Assembly (NCBI GenBank): GCA_040905465.1
Contig: JBBDRK010000046.1
Span: 72,924 to 112,196 of the forward strand
Direction of reading: 5' to 3'
DNA: 39,273 nucleotides
Origin: Trueperaceae bacterium
GTDB lineage: Bacteria; Deinococcota; Deinococci; Deinococcales; Trueperaceae
The notes under the pieces are model-generated. The model saw only the letters and a program-made list of their open reading frames with translations. It ran no database searches and was not told the DNA's origin. How positions within the stretch are numbered: position 1 is the first letter of the stretch; each line of letters begins with the position of its first letter. A program made the translations under genes and the position numbers. Below, in pieces: positions 17,295 through 27,472 of the stretch.

Positions 17295-17632
17295 GTCCTC
17301 CGCAGCGCCGTTCATCCCGAGAGCGTCTGCAGGACGTCCTCGCGTCGATCAGCGCGATACGAGACCATCTTGGTCGTGGCGAGCTGACGGACCCCCTGGT
17401 GTTCGACGCGGTGAGGATGCGGTTGGTCGAGATCGGAGAGGCCATCAACGCCGTCCCCGCAGACATCCTGGAGTCGGAATCGGACATTCCCTGGAAGGAG
17501 GTCGTCGCCATGCGTCACAAGTTGGCACATCATTACTTCGATACCGTCCTCGCTATCGTTGACGGGACGGTCGAGCACGACCTGCCGGTTCTCGAAGCGG
17601 CGGCTGCAAGGATGAGTCGACGCCTGCGTTGA
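17291..17632 (+). CDS. HEPN (DUF86/HepT-like) RNase toxin
   Basis: DAVRMRLVEIGEA, IPWKEV, R-x4-H-x-Y motif (RHKLAHHY); GTGA overlap with the MNT gene. Confidence 0.9.
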   Translation: MSPPQRRSSRERLQDVLASISAIRDHLGRGELTDPLVFDAVRMRLVEIGEAINAVPADILESESDIPWKEVVAMRHKLAHHYFDTVLAIVDGTVEHDLPVLEAAAARMSRRLR

Positions 17633-17700
17633 CCCCCGCTCCGTTACAGTTATCATCCGACATCGCCGCGAATCGGTAGCCGTGCGGCAGGAAGAGAGCA

Positions 17701-18753
17701 ATGGACCGGTTCGATCCCACCAGTCACCCTCACCGCCGCTTCGACCCTCTCAGTGGTGAGTGGGTGCTGGTGTCGCCTCACCGGATGCAACGCCCCTGGC
17801 AGGGTCAGGTCGAACCTAGCAGCGGCGAGAAGCTGGCATCCTACGATCCGCGCTGCTACCTCTGTCCCGGCAACGAACGTGCAGGTGGCGTGCTCAATCC
17901 CGACTACGACGAGACGTTCGTGTTCCGCAACGATTTCGCGGCGCTGCTGCCGGAGGCGCCCGAGCTCGAGCGCGAGGGTCCGGAGTTGCTGCGCAGCGAG
18001 GGCGTACGCGGGGAGTGCCGGGTCATCTGCTTCTCACCGCGCCACGACCTCACCCTGGCCCGCATGAGCGACCGCGAGCGGCTGGCCGTGGTGCGCATGT
18101 GGGCAGAACAGACGGCGGAACTGGGCCAGCGCTGGCGCTGGGTCCAGATCTTCGAAAATCGAGGGGAGCTGATGGGCGCTTCGAACCCGCATCCGCACGG
18201 CCAGATCTGGGCACTCGACCGGCTGCCGACGGAAGTCGCCCGCGAGGACGCTACCCAGCGTGACTTTCTGGCCGCGAACGGGGAGCCATTGCTGCTGGCC
18301 TACGCCCGGGTCGAGCTGGCTCGCGGCGAGCGGGTGGTCGAGCAGAACGAGGACTGGCTGGCGGTCGTTCCCTACTGGGCGGTGTGGCCGTTCGAGACCC
18401 TGTTGCTGCCTCGATTCCCCGTTGCCCGCCTCGATGGACTCGAGGAGCGCCAGCGGAGCTCTCTGGCCAGCATCCTCGGCCTGCTCCTGACGCGCTACGA
18501 CAACCTGTTCGATACGTCATTCCCGTACTCGATGGGCTGGCACGGGGCTCCCTCCGGTGGCGCCGGACCGGACCCTGAGCCGCATTGGCAACTCCACGCG
18601 CACTTCTATCCGCCGCTGCTGCGCAGCGCCAGCATTCGCAAGTTCATGGTGGGGTTCGAGTTGCTCGGCGAGGCGCAGCGCGACCTGACACCCGAACAGG
18701 CAGCCGCCCGCCTTGTCACCGCCGGCAATCGGCGCCTGGGGGAGCGATCATGA
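17701..18753 (+). CDS. galT: Galactose-1-phosphate uridylyltransferase
   Basis: HRRFDPL..VSPHR..RPWQG, CYLCPGN, HPHGQ, KFMVGFE. Confidence 0.97.
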   Translation: MDRFDPTSHPHRRFDPLSGEWVLVSPHRMQRPWQGQVEPSSGEKLASYDPRCYLCPGNERAGGVLNPDYDETFVFRNDFAALLPEAPELEREGPELLRSEGVRGECRVICFSPRHDLTLARMSDRERLAVVRMWAEQTAELGQRWRWVQIFENRGELMGASNPHPHGQIWALDRLPTEVAREDATQRDFLAANGEPLLLAYARVELARGERVVEQNEDWLAVVPYWAVWPFETLLLPRFPVARLDGLEERQRSSLASILGLLLTRYDNLFDTSFPYSMGWHGAPSGGAGPDPEPHWQLHAHFYPPLLRSASIRKFMVGFELLGEAQRDLTPEQAAARLVTAGNRRLGERS

Positions 18754-19940
18754 GCCACGGCCAGAGTCGCGCCGCCGACCTGGCGGCCGGCTTCCGGCGC
18801 CTGTTTGCAGCGGAGCCCGAGCTGATGGTTCGCGCACCCGGCAGGGTCAACCTGATCGGCGAACACACCGATTACAACGACGGCTTCGTACTGCCGATGG
18901 CGATCGACCGGGAGGTCCTCATCGCCCTGCGGCCACGCACCGACGCCATGGTGCGCGTGCATTCGCTCGATCTGGAAGAGCGGGCCGAGTTCAGCCTCGA
19001 CGAGTTCGAACGCGACGAGGGCTGGGCCGAGTACCTCAAGGGCGTCGCCTGGTCGTTGACGCTCGAAGGCCACCGGCTCAGCGGCTTCGACGGGGTGCTC
19101 AACGGCAGCGTGCCGCGCGGTTCCGGCCTTTCCTCGTCCGCAGCCCTGGAGCTGGCTGCGGCACGGGCCTTCCGCGCTACATCCGGCTTTCCGTGGGATC
19201 CGGCGCGCATGGCGCGCGTATGCCAGCGAGCCGAGAACGAGTGGCTGGGGGTCGGCACCGGCATCATGGATCAGTTGGCGAGCGCGGCCGGCAATGCCGG
19301 GCACGCTCTGCTCATCGACTGCCGTTCCCTGGAAACCACGGCGGTGCCGCTACCCGGAGGAACAGCCGTTCTGGTACTCGACACCGGCACTCGCCGAAAA
19401 CTCGTCGGAAGCGCCTACAACGAGCGCCGCGAGCAGTGCGAGGCGGTCGCCCGCCACTTCGGCGTTCCAGCGTTGCGCGACGTGACCCCGGAACGGCTCG
19501 AGGCGGCGAGCCGCCAACTGGCGCCCCTCCTGTACCGGCGTGCAAGGCATGTGGTGAGCGAGAACGAACGGACGCTGGCGGCCGCCCGTGCCATGCGAAG
19601 CGGCGACGCGGCCACGGTCGGCCAGCTGATGAGCCTGAGTCACGACAGCTTGCGGGACGACTTCGAAGTCTCCAGCGATGCGCTCGACGCGATCGTCGGC
19701 GGTGCGCGCGCCGAGCCGGACTGTTTCGGCGCGCGACTGACGGGCGCCGGTTTCGGCGGCTGCGCCGTCGCCCTGGTAGCGTCCGACGCGGCTGCCGGTA
19801 TCGGCGAACGAGTCATGTCCGGTTACCGGGAGGCGACCGGCCTGGCCGGGCGGGCTTACCTGTGCCGAGCCGCCGGCGGCGCCAGCGACATCGCGGTGGA
19901 GGACATCGCGCTGAAAGATATCGGGGCGGACGCGGAGTAG
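18750..19940 (+). CDS. galK: Galactokinase
   Basis: [44 protein letters not shown] overlap with galT. Confidence 0.97.
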   Translation: MSHGQSRAADLAAGFRRLFAAEPELMVRAPGRVNLIGEHTDYNDGFVLPMAIDREVLIALRPRTDAMVRVHSLDLEERAEFSLDEFERDEGWAEYLKGVAWSLTLEGHRLSGFDGVLNGSVPRGSGLSSSAALELAAARAFRATSGFPWDPARMARVCQRAENEWLGVGTGIMDQLASAAGNAGHALLIDCRSLETTAVPLPGGTAVLVLDTGTRRKLVGSAYNERREQCEAVARHFGVPALRDVTPERLEAASRQLAPLLYRRARHVVSENERTLAAARAMRSGDAATVGQLMSLSHDSLRDDFEVSSDALDAIVGGARAEPDCFGARLTGAGFGGCAVALVASDAAAGIGERVMSGYREATGLAGRAYLCRAAGGASDIAVEDIALKDIGADAE

Positions 19941-19962
19941 TCACTGTTCGCGAGGACCGCCC

Positions 19963-21153
19963 TCACCCACCGTGTCGCGTAACCAGCACTCCCTCCCCCT
20001 CGAGTGATTCCAACTCCTCGACGCTCAGCCCCAACTCCACCGCCAGCACTTCGCGGTTGTGCTGGCCCAGCATGGGCGGCGCGGCGCGGCTCGGCGAGGC
20101 CGCCGCACCGAACGGGCTCATCACCATCGGCAGCGCCCCCGCCAGTGGGTGCTCGACCTCGCCCACCATCCCGCGAGCCTCTACCTGGCTGTCCGCCAGC
20201 GCCTCGGGCAACGTGTTCACGGGAGCGGCCGGAACGCCCGCCGTTTTCAGTCGCTCGAGCCACTCGGCGCGCTTGCTGCGCTCGAACCGTTCGGCAAGCA
20301 GCGGCACCAGCTGCTCCCGGTTCCGCACGCGCTCGGCGTTGCCGGCGAAGCGCGGGTCCTCCGCCAGCTCCGCCACCCCCAGGACGAGGCACAGCCGGGC
20401 GAACTGACCGTCGTTGCCAACCGCCAACGCCAGCTCGAGGTCCGCCGTCGCGAACGCCTGGTATGGAACGATGCTCGGGTGAGCGCTGCCGAGCCGGGCA
20501 GGCGCAGCGCCGGTAATCAGCGCGCTCTGCGCCTGGTTGACCATGCCGGCCAACGCCACGTCGAAGAGCGCCAGGTCGAGCCGCCGGCCCTTGCCGGTGC
20601 TCGCCCGCTCGTGCAGCGCGGCCAGGATGCCGGCGGCAGCGTGTACTCCGGCCAGGACGTCCACCCACGCCACGCCAAGCTTTACCGGCGCACCCCCCGG
20701 TTCTCCGGTCATCGCCATGAGACCGCTGATCGCCTGCAGGGCGGCGTCGTAACCGGGCTCCGAGGAGCGCGGGCCGTTTTGGCCGTAGCCGGTGATGGAC
20801 GCGTAGATCAGCCGCGGGTTGCGAACCGCCAGCGATTCGTAATCGAGTCCGTAGCGCGCCAGGTCACCGGTCTTGAGGTTCTCCACCAGAACGTCCGCCC
20901 GGTCCGCGAGACCGGCCACCAACTCGCGGCCGCGCGGGTGCTTGAGATCCACCGCCAGACCCTGCTTGTTGCGGTTCACCGACAGGTAGTAAGCGCTCTC
21001 CCCGGCCAGGAAAGGAGGTCCCCACTTTCGGGTCTCATCCCCGCCGGGAGGCTCGAGCTTCCAGACACGCGCACCCAGGTCTCCCAGGAGTTGCGTGCAG
21101 TAGGGGCCGGCCAGCACCCGCGACAGGTCGAGAACGGTGACGTCTTGCAGCAT
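19963..21153 (-). CDS. CaiB/BaiF family III CoA-transferase
   Basis: VLDLSRVLAGPYCTQLLGDLGA, NRNK, ADVLVEN, GYD, PMLGQHN; ATG 21153 lies 8 nt after TGc-TAGACT. Confidence 0.93.
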   Translation of the reverse strand: MLQDVTVLDLSRVLAGPYCTQLLGDLGARVWKLEPPGGDETRKWGPPFLAGESAYYLSVNRNKQGLAVDLKHPRGRELVAGLADRADVLVENLKTGDLARYGLDYESLAVRNPRLIYASITGYGQNGPRSSEPGYDAALQAISGLMAMTGEPGGAPVKLGVAWVDVLAGVHAAAGILAALHERASTGKGRRLDLALFDVALAGMVNQAQSALITGAAPARLGSAHPSIVPYQAFATADLELALAVGNDGQFARLCLVLGVAELAEDPRFAGNAERVRNREQLVPLLAERFERSKRAEWLERLKTAGVPAAPVNTLPEALADSQVEARGMVGEVEHPLAGALPMVMSPFGAAASPSRAAPPMLGQHNREVLAVELGLSVEELESLEGEGVLVTRHGG

Positions 21154-21193
21154 GATCGCCGAGTCTAGCAACACGGAGCGCGGCCAGCGAGCC

Positions 21194-21379
21194 CCCGGTC
21201 GAGCCCGGTCGAGACCCAGTCCAGCGCTGGGCGTGCCCCGGTCGAATCCCGGTCGTGCTCTGGTCGTGCTCCAGTCGAGCTCTGGTCGATCCTCGGGCGA
21301 ACACTGGCCGACGCCCGGCCGACGGCTGATCGACGCCTACGCGACGCCCCGTCGATGCCTGGTCGACGCCTGGTCGAAC
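21194..21379. repeat. Degenerate 11-bp tandem array, about 17 units, consensus NCYGGTCGA(GC/CG)
   Basis: GGTCGA-like cores start at 21197, then at 21207, 21218, 21229 ... 21361, 21372, at exact 11-bp spacing. Confidence 0.9.
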
Positions 21380-21457
21380 CTGGCAGCGCCCGCCACACCG
21401 CGCCGCCGGCCTGTGTAGAACTGAACCGCTTCGGCCTCCGGAACACCCGAGACAGGC

Positions 21458-21466
21458 TGTTATACT
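21458..21466 (+). promoter_or_regulatory. Extended -10 promoter of the TAXI-TRAP operon
   Basis: TGt-TATACT about 30 nt upstream of the start; purine-rich RBS GAGGAAGGA. Confidence 0.6.
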
Positions 21467-21496
21467 TCTCACAGCACAGTTCAAAGAGAGGAAGGA

Positions 21497-22462
21497 ATGC
21501 TCATGGCAAGAATTCTGTTGGCAGTACTGGCGTCCCTCACCATGGGGGCCGCGCTCGCCCAGGGTCAGATCTCGATCTCGACCGGGGGGACCGGCGGCGT
21601 CTACTATCCGGTCGGCGGGGGTTACGCCGAGCTGATCAACAAGTACGTCGACGGTTATACCGCCGTTGCCGAGGTAACGGGAGCCTCCGTCGAGAACGTC
21701 GCACTCATTTCGCGGGGCGAATCCGATATCGCTCTGGCGCTCGCGGACACGGTTTTGCAGGCCTACACCGGCACCGGCGCCCTCGAGGGCAACCAGCTCA
21801 AGAACCTGCGCAGCATCGGCGTTGCCTACTCCAACTCGGTGCAGATTGTAACGCTGGCCAACTCGGGCATCGAAAGCCTCCAGGACCTGGCAGGCAAGCG
21901 CGTTTCGGTCGGCGCCCCGGGCTCCGGTACCGAGGTCTCTGCGCAAACGATTCTGGAAGCCAACGGCCTGACCTATGACGACATCCAGGAACAGCGCCTC
22001 AACTTCAACGAGACGGCGGCAGCACTGCGCGACGGGCAGGTCGACGCCGGCTTCTGGAGCGTGGGCGCGCCCACCTCATCGATTCTCGACCTCGCCACCG
22101 GCCGCGACATCGTGGTGCTGAACCTGAGCGACGAAGAGATCAGCAACAGCCTTGAAGCCGAGCCGACCTTCGCTCGTTACACCCTGCCGGCCGACACCTA
22201 TCGTGGGCAGAACGAACCCGTGAACACGGTGGGCACCCCCAACGTCCTGGTGGTCGCTGCCGAGATGGACGAACAGTTGGCGTACGACTTCCTCGACGCG
22301 CTCTACGGGCATATCGACGAGATAATCGCCATACATCCGTCGGCGAACGAGACCACCGCCGAGACCTCGCTCGACGCCAGCCCGATTCCGCTTCATGTGG
22401 GCGCGATCCGCTACTACGAGGAGAACGGATTCACGGTTCCCGACCGGCTCCGCGCAGACTAG
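21497..22462 (+). CDS. TAXI-family TRAP transporter solute-binding protein
   Basis: STGGTGGVYYPVGG, TGASVENV, GKRVSVGAPGSGTE, IPLHVGAIRYY; signal peptide. Confidence 0.94.
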   Translation: MLMARILLAVLASLTMGAALAQGQISISTGGTGGVYYPVGGGYAELINKYVDGYTAVAEVTGASVENVALISRGESDIALALADTVLQAYTGTGALEGNQLKNLRSIGVAYSNSVQIVTLANSGIESLQDLAGKRVSVGAPGSGTEVSAQTILEANGLTYDDIQEQRLNFNETAAALRDGQVDAGFWSVGAPTSSILDLATGRDIVVLNLSDEEISNSLEAEPTFARYTLPADTYRGQNEPVNTVGTPNVLVVAAEMDEQLAYDFLDALYGHIDEIIAIHPSANETTAETSLDASPIPLHVGAIRYYEENGFTVPDRLRAD

Positions 22463-22505
22463 TCAGTGCCGACTGGACGGCGCCTGGAAGATACCGCCTA
22501 TTAAG

Positions 22506-22994
22506 GTGTTGTCGATAACACGGTTACCGAGGGGCAAGCGCTGGCGCTTGCCCCTCGTGCTGGTGGTCGGTTGCCTGCTCGTTGCCAGCGGCGCCCCGCG
22601 CCCGTACCTGCAGGTGAGCACGCAGGACGGCTATATGTTGTTGGAGGTCCAGCTCGCCGACGAGCCGAGCTGGATCATCGAATGGAACCACTCCGTGACA
22701 GGTATCTTGGTCAGCGATTATTACCGTTTCGAAGGAGGGCAGATGCTCCTCAAGGCCAGCCATACGCCGGCGTTCGACGCCGGCCTCGGCCATATTCCCG
22801 GCCGCGGCCGGCAGGAGAGCGACGGCGCCGGCGGTTACTGGATCCGCGATCTCGACGAGCCGGTCCCGGGCAACGCCTATATCTTGCGGGTGGGCAGCAT
22901 GCGGGTCGATCACCGCGTGGTCCACGCCGGCGCTACCTACTCGCTCAGTGAGCTGGCGGCCGGACAGCCGGTGTGGATAAGGGTAGTGCAGTGA
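22506..22994 (+). CDS. DUF1850-like TAXI-TRAP-associated protein
   Basis: WNHSV, FDAGLG motifs; located between the TAXI SBP and the fused permease. Start uncertain (GTG 22506 chosen). Confidence 0.75.
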   Translation: MLSITRLPRGKRWRLPLVLVVGCLLVASGAPRPYLQVSTQDGYMLLEVQLADEPSWIIEWNHSVTGILVSDYYRFEGGQMLLKASHTPAFDAGLGHIPGRGRQESDGAGGYWIRDLDEPVPGNAYILRVGSMRVDHRVVHAGATYSLSELAAGQPVWIRVVQ

Positions 22995-25033
22995 CCACTC
23001 GCCAGATCCCCGACTACTCTCGGGTCACCGTCATCCTCATCGCCCTGACCGGCATCGCCCTCTCGCTGTTCCAGCTCTACACAGCGGGCGTACGGTCGCT
23101 CGGCCTCTTCTATCAACGGCCCCTGCACCTGATGTTCATCCTGTTGCTGGCCTTCCTGATGTTTCCGGCCGGCAAGCAGCGCCGGGTGGCGGGTTGGATC
23201 GTCGACCTCATCTTCATGGCGGGTGCCCTGGTTTCGGGCCTATACATCACCATCAATCTGGACGCCGTCATCAACCGCGCCGGGTTCTGGACCACCACGG
23301 ACATGGTGGCCGGTGGGATCGCCATCATCACCCTCCTGGAGGGATCACGCAGGGCGCTGGGCTGGACCATTACGCTGATCGGCATTACCTTCGCCCTTTA
23401 CGCCGCGGCCGGGCCGCGTGGCGCACTGCCGTGGCTAGCCGACCTGCTGCCGGGGATTCTCTCCCACCGCGGGTACGGTACCGAGCGGATCATCGCCCAG
23501 CTCTATCTCGGGCAGGAAGGCATCTACGGCACGGCACTGGGTGTGGCGGCGACCTTCGTGTACATCTTCATCCTGTTCGGTGCATTTCTCGAGATCACCG
23601 GCGCCGGCAAGTTCTTCATCGACCTGGCCTATTCGCTCACCGGTCGCCAGCGCGGCGGGCCTGCCAAGGCCGCAGTGGTCGCGTCAGGCTTCATGGGCTC
23701 GATCTCCGGCAGCGCCATCGCCAACACCGTTACCTCCGGCGCCTTCACCATTCCCCTGATGAAGAGGCTGGGCTACAAGTCCGAGGAAGCGGCCGGGGTC
23801 GAGGCGGCCGCGTCTACCGGGGGACAGATAATGCCGCCGGTGATGGGCGCCGGAGCGTTCCTCATCGCCGAGTTCACCCGCGTGCCGTACATCGACATCG
23901 TCAAACTCAGCATCCTCCCGGCGATCCTGTACTTCTCGACCGTATACCTGTTCGTGGACATCATCGCCGCCAAGCGCGGCATGAAGGGCATGAAGGGCAG
24001 CGAGCTGCCCCGCCTGCGCGACGTGTTCCGCGAAGGCTGGCACTTCCTGGTGCCGCTGCTGGTGCTCGTCTACTTCCTCATGCTGAACATCTCGCCGGCG
24101 CGTGTGGGTTTCATCGCCATCACCTCGATCCTGGCGGTGGCTGTGCTGCGCTGGCTGGTCCACAAGCTGTTCCTGCGCGGTCCGCCTACCAGAACGACCG
24201 CACCGCTGACGCAGCCTGACGAGGAGGCCGAACAACCGCGAGGCTGGACGCAGCTCGCCGTCGGTGGCGTCGGCCAACTGTTGGCCGCCCTGGAGGCAGG
24301 CGCGCGCAACGCGGTGCCGGTCAGCCTGGCTTGCGCCGTCGCCGGAATCGTCGTGGGCGTGGTCGGCCTTACCGGTCTGGGCCTGAAGTTCTCGTCGCTG
24401 ATGCTGTCATTTTCGGGAGGCAATCTGCTGCTGGCGCTGCTGCTGGTGATGATCGCTTCGCTAATCCTCGGCATGGGCCTGCCCGTCACCGCCTCTTACA
24501 TCGTCCTGGTAGTTCTCACCGGACCAGCGCTGTCGCAGGAGTTCGGCATTCCGCTGATCATCGCCCACCTGGTGGTCTTCTGGTACTCGCAGGACTCCAA
24601 CGTCACTCCCCCGGTGGCGCTGGCCGCCTATGCCGGCGCAGGGATCGCCAACGCCGACCCGATGCGCGCCAGTTTCGAAGCCTGGAAGTTTGCCAAGGGC
24701 CTGTACCTGATACCGATGTTCATGGTGTTCAATCCCGAGATCATCATCGGCGGCCCGGTACTCCTGGTGGCCTGGAACGTCCTGACCGCCTTCGCTGCCC
24801 TGGGCGCCTTCGCGGCTGCGCTCGAGGGTTTCATCTTCACCCGGATGTATCCGATTTCGAGACTGCTGGCGTCGGCCGGCACGGTAGCCATCTTCTGGCC
24901 CGACTTCCAGGTCGAGGTCGTGGGCTTCTCGCTGATAGTGCTGGTGCTTGCCATCAACTTCCTGAAACTGCGCCGCGAGCGCGGCGCTGCCGGCAGGTAC
25001 GAAACTCAGGAAGCGCGCGAGGCCCGACGGTGA
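22991..25033 (+). CDS. TRAP transporter fused 4TM/12TM permease
   Basis: GGPAKAAVVAS, GSAIAN, ASTGGQIMPPVMGAGAF, LGMGLP, NVTPPVALAAY; GTGA overlap. Confidence 0.94.
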   Translation: MTTRQIPDYSRVTVILIALTGIALSLFQLYTAGVRSLGLFYQRPLHLMFILLLAFLMFPAGKQRRVAGWIVDLIFMAGALVSGLYITINLDAVINRAGFWTTTDMVAGGIAIITLLEGSRRALGWTITLIGITFALYAAAGPRGALPWLADLLPGILSHRGYGTERIIAQLYLGQEGIYGTALGVAATFVYIFILFGAFLEITGAGKFFIDLAYSLTGRQRGGPAKAAVVASGFMGSISGSAIANTVTSGAFTIPLMKRLGYKSEEAAGVEAAASTGGQIMPPVMGAGAFLIAEFTRVPYIDIVKLSILPAILYFSTVYLFVDIIAAKRGMKGMKGSELPRLRDVFREGWHFLVPLLVLVYFLMLNISPARVGFIAITSILAVAVLRWLVHKLFLRGPPTRTTAPLTQPDEEAEQPRGWTQLAVGGVGQLLAALEAGARNAVPVSLACAVAGIVVGVVGLTGLGLKFSSLMLSFSGGNLLLALLLVMIASLILGMGLPVTASYIVLVVLTGPALSQEFGIPLIIAHLVVFWYSQDSNVTPPVALAAYAGAGIANADPMRASFEAWKFAKGLYLIPMFMVFNPEIIIGGPVLLVAWNVLTAFAALGAFAAALEGFIFTRMYPISRLLASAGTVAIFWPDFQVEVVGFSLIVLVLAINFLKLRRERGAAGRYETQEAREARR

Positions 25034-26320
25034 TCACTCCAGGAAATCACGCAGCTTGCGGGTCCTACTCTCGTGATACTTCAGCTTCCGCAACGCCTTG
25101 TTCTCGATCTGCCTGATCCGCTCGCGCGTCACCCCGAAATGACTGCCGACCTCCTCCAGGGTGTGCTCCCGACCATCCACCAACCCCTTGCGCAACTTCA
25201 GCACCATCGCCTCACGCTCGTTGAGCTTCCCCAACGCCTCATCGAGCTCCTCGCTCAAGATGATCTTGCTGGCCTGCTCCACCGGCGACTCCACATTCTC
25301 ATCCGGAATGAAGTCCCCATAGAACGAGTCCTCCTCATCACCGATGGGAGTCTCCAGCGAGAACGGCTCGCGAGTCAGCTTGAACGCCTCTTCCACCTTC
25401 TCGGCGTTCCATTCGGGACCCATGGCGTCGGCGATCTCCTCGTAGGTCGGTTCGCGAGACAACTCCTGCTGCAACCTGCGCGACGCGCGCGTGAGCTTGT
25501 TTATCGTCTCCACCATGTGCACGGGAATGCGGATGGTGCGTGACTGGTCCGCTATCGCCCGGTTGATCGCCTGGCGAATCCACCAGGTAGCGTAGGTCGA
25601 GAACTTGTAGCGTCGCCTGTACTCGAACTTCTCCACCGCCCGGATCAGGCCCTGGTTGCCCTCCTGGATGAGGTCGAGAAAGCTCATACCGCGCCCGTTG
25701 TACTTCTTGGCGATCGACACCACCAGCCGCAGGTTCGCCTCGATCAGGTTCTGCCGCGCCAAATCACCATCCTCGACCACCCGCTGCAACTTGCGCCGCT
25801 CCCGGTCGCCGAGACTGCTCGCCTCCTCGTCCAGACGCGCCCGCGCCGCCTCGCCCTCCTCGATCCGCCGGGCCAGGCTGATCTCCTCCTCCAGAGTCAA
25901 CAGCTTCACCCTGCCGATCTCCTGCAGGTACTGACGCACCGGATCGTTGGTCTTTACGCGCGAGTCAGCCATCGCCTCTGCTCGCGCCTCGAGCTCCTCC
26001 CGGTCCGTGTCCTCGTCTTCCTCGCCGTCTTCCAATTCCTCGTCGTCGAGGTCCTCGTCGATGACCTCGCCTTCGGCCAAGTCGGAGATGGCGATCCCCT
26101 TCGACTCGAGGTGCTCCATCAGATCCTCGAAATTGAGCTCCTCGCTGCCGACCCCAAGACCCTCGATGGTCTTGTTGAAGGCGGCGCTGATCTCTTCGGT
26201 GTCGAGCGATCCGCTCTGCTGACCGCGCTCGACCAGCTTGACGATCGGTTCTACCGTCAGCCAGGCGGCAGCAACGGGCGGCACGGCGGGGGTCGCCTCC
26301 TTCACCTTGGTCTTCGCCAT
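25034..26320 (-). CDS. rpoD: Primary sigma factor RpoD/SigA
   Basis: [64 protein letters not shown] before ATG 26320. Confidence 0.97.
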   Translation of the reverse strand: MAKTKVKEATPAVPPVAAAWLTVEPIVKLVERGQQSGSLDTEEISAAFNKTIEGLGVGSEELNFEDLMEHLESKGIAISDLAEGEVIDEDLDDEELEDGEEDEDTDREELEARAEAMADSRVKTNDPVRQYLQEIGRVKLLTLEEEISLARRIEEGEAARARLDEEASSLGDRERRKLQRVVEDGDLARQNLIEANLRLVVSIAKKYNGRGMSFLDLIQEGNQGLIRAVEKFEYRRRYKFSTYATWWIRQAINRAIADQSRTIRIPVHMVETINKLTRASRRLQQELSREPTYEEIADAMGPEWNAEKVEEAFKLTREPFSLETPIGDEEDSFYGDFIPDENVESPVEQASKIILSEELDEALGKLNEREAMVLKLRKGLVDGREHTLEEVGSHFGVTRERIRQIENKALRKLKYHESRTRKLRDFLE

Positions 26321-26578
26321 CCGTCCTCCTTCGCCGGCGTTCGTCCGGCGGAAATGCACGACGCAACACGGACCCAAACGGCAACTGCCGCGGTCCGAGG
26401 CAAGAGGATACCATGACAGAACGGTTGCAGATGTACTCGGTTACGCCCTACAGCGGCCTCATTAGCCGGGTCACGGGACGCGGCGCTCGCGGTACGCTTG
26501 GTCAGCCGGCCCGAGACGAGGACGGCTGCACAGACGGAACCGAGGCAGCGCTGAGCCGAAATGAAAGGACGTGACCGC

Positions 26579-27472
26579 ATGAGCCGCTTCACCGGTGTTC
26601 ATACAATCATGCCAACCCCGTTCACCGACAAAGGGGAGCTGGACCAGGACAGCCTGGCCCGCCTAACCGAGTTCCTGGTCGACCTTGGTGTCGACGGAGT
26701 CGTGGTGCTCGGGGTGATGGGCGAGGCACCCAAGCTGTCGGAGGCCGAGCAGGCAGACGTGATCCGCACCACCGTTGCCGCCGCTGCCGGCCGCATCCCC
26801 GTTTTCGCCGGCTCGGGAGCGGCCGGGACTGACCTGGCTATACGGAAGAGTCTGCAGGCCAAGGAGCTGGGTGCGGCGGGACTGCTGGTAGCGCCGCCGC
26901 CGGTGCAAAGCGACGCTGTGATACTCGAATACTATCGTCGCGTGGGAGCGGCAGCCGAGAGCCCTATCATCCTCCACGACTACCCGGCTGCAACCGGTAT
27001 CAGCCTGTCACCAGAGCTGGTGGTGAGGCTCCATGACGATGTTCCGGCGGTCGAGGTCATCAAGCTCGAGGAGCCTCCCACCGGGCCGAAGATCAGCGCG
27101 ATTCGCGGGCTCGGTTCGGATATCTCGATCGTCGGAGGGCTGGGAGGGCTCTACTTCCTGGAGGAGCTCGAGCGCGGCGCCGACGGGATGATGACCGGGC
27201 TCTCCTACCCCGACCTGCTGATCTCCATCTACCGCGCCTACACGAGCGGATCGCATGCCGAGGCACGCCGGCTGTTCTACGACGCCTGTCCGTTGCTGCG
27301 CTACGAGTTTCAGCCCGGCGTGGGCCTGGCGCTGCGCAAGGAGATCTATCGGCGCCGCGGCGCTATCGCCTCGGCCTTCGTGCGCCACCCGGGCGCACAG
27401 ATCGATGATCGGATGCGGAGCGAGCTAGACGCGGTGCTCGAGCACTGCCGACTGTCCGAGGTTGCGGCATGA
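26579..27472 (+). CDS. DapA/NAL-superfamily aldolase/dehydratase
   Basis: TPF, GVMGE, HDYP, Schiff-base Lys in IKLEEP, GADGMMTG; differs from DHDPS (GTTGE). Confidence 0.85.
   Translation: MSRFTGVHTIMPTPFTDKGELDQDSLARLTEFLVDLGVDGVVVLGVMGEAPKLSEAEQADVIRTTVAAAAGRIPVFAGSGAAGTDLAIRKSLQAKELGAAGLLVAPPPVQSDAVILEYYRRVGAAAESPIILHDYPAATGISLSPELVVRLHDDVPAVEVIKLEEPPTGPKISAIRGLGSDISIVGGLGGLYFLEELERGADGMMTGLSYPDLLISIYRAYTSGSHAEARRLFYDACPLLRYEFQPGVGLALRKEIYRRRGAIASAFVRHPGAQIDDRMRSELDAVLEHCRLSEVAA

Noticed and set aside
16704-17700. Mobile element or prophage around lexA and the TA pair
   Set aside because: No integrase, transposase, phage genes or flanking direct repeats seen.
21194-21379. CRISPR array or small-protein reading of the 11-bp array (ORFs 21035..21946, 21137..21418, 21165..21446)
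   Set aside because: No unique spacers, units too short, no cas genes; period not a multiple of 3; the ORFs overlap real genes.
22492-22508. Second copy of the putative LexA box (taccgcctattaaggtg); also cttaaggt near 4781
   Set aside because: Only a half-site matches and the spacing differs from 7-5-7.
26579-27472. Calling the gene dapA
   Set aside because: Lacks GTTGE and other DHDPS-specific motifs; no lysine-pathway context.
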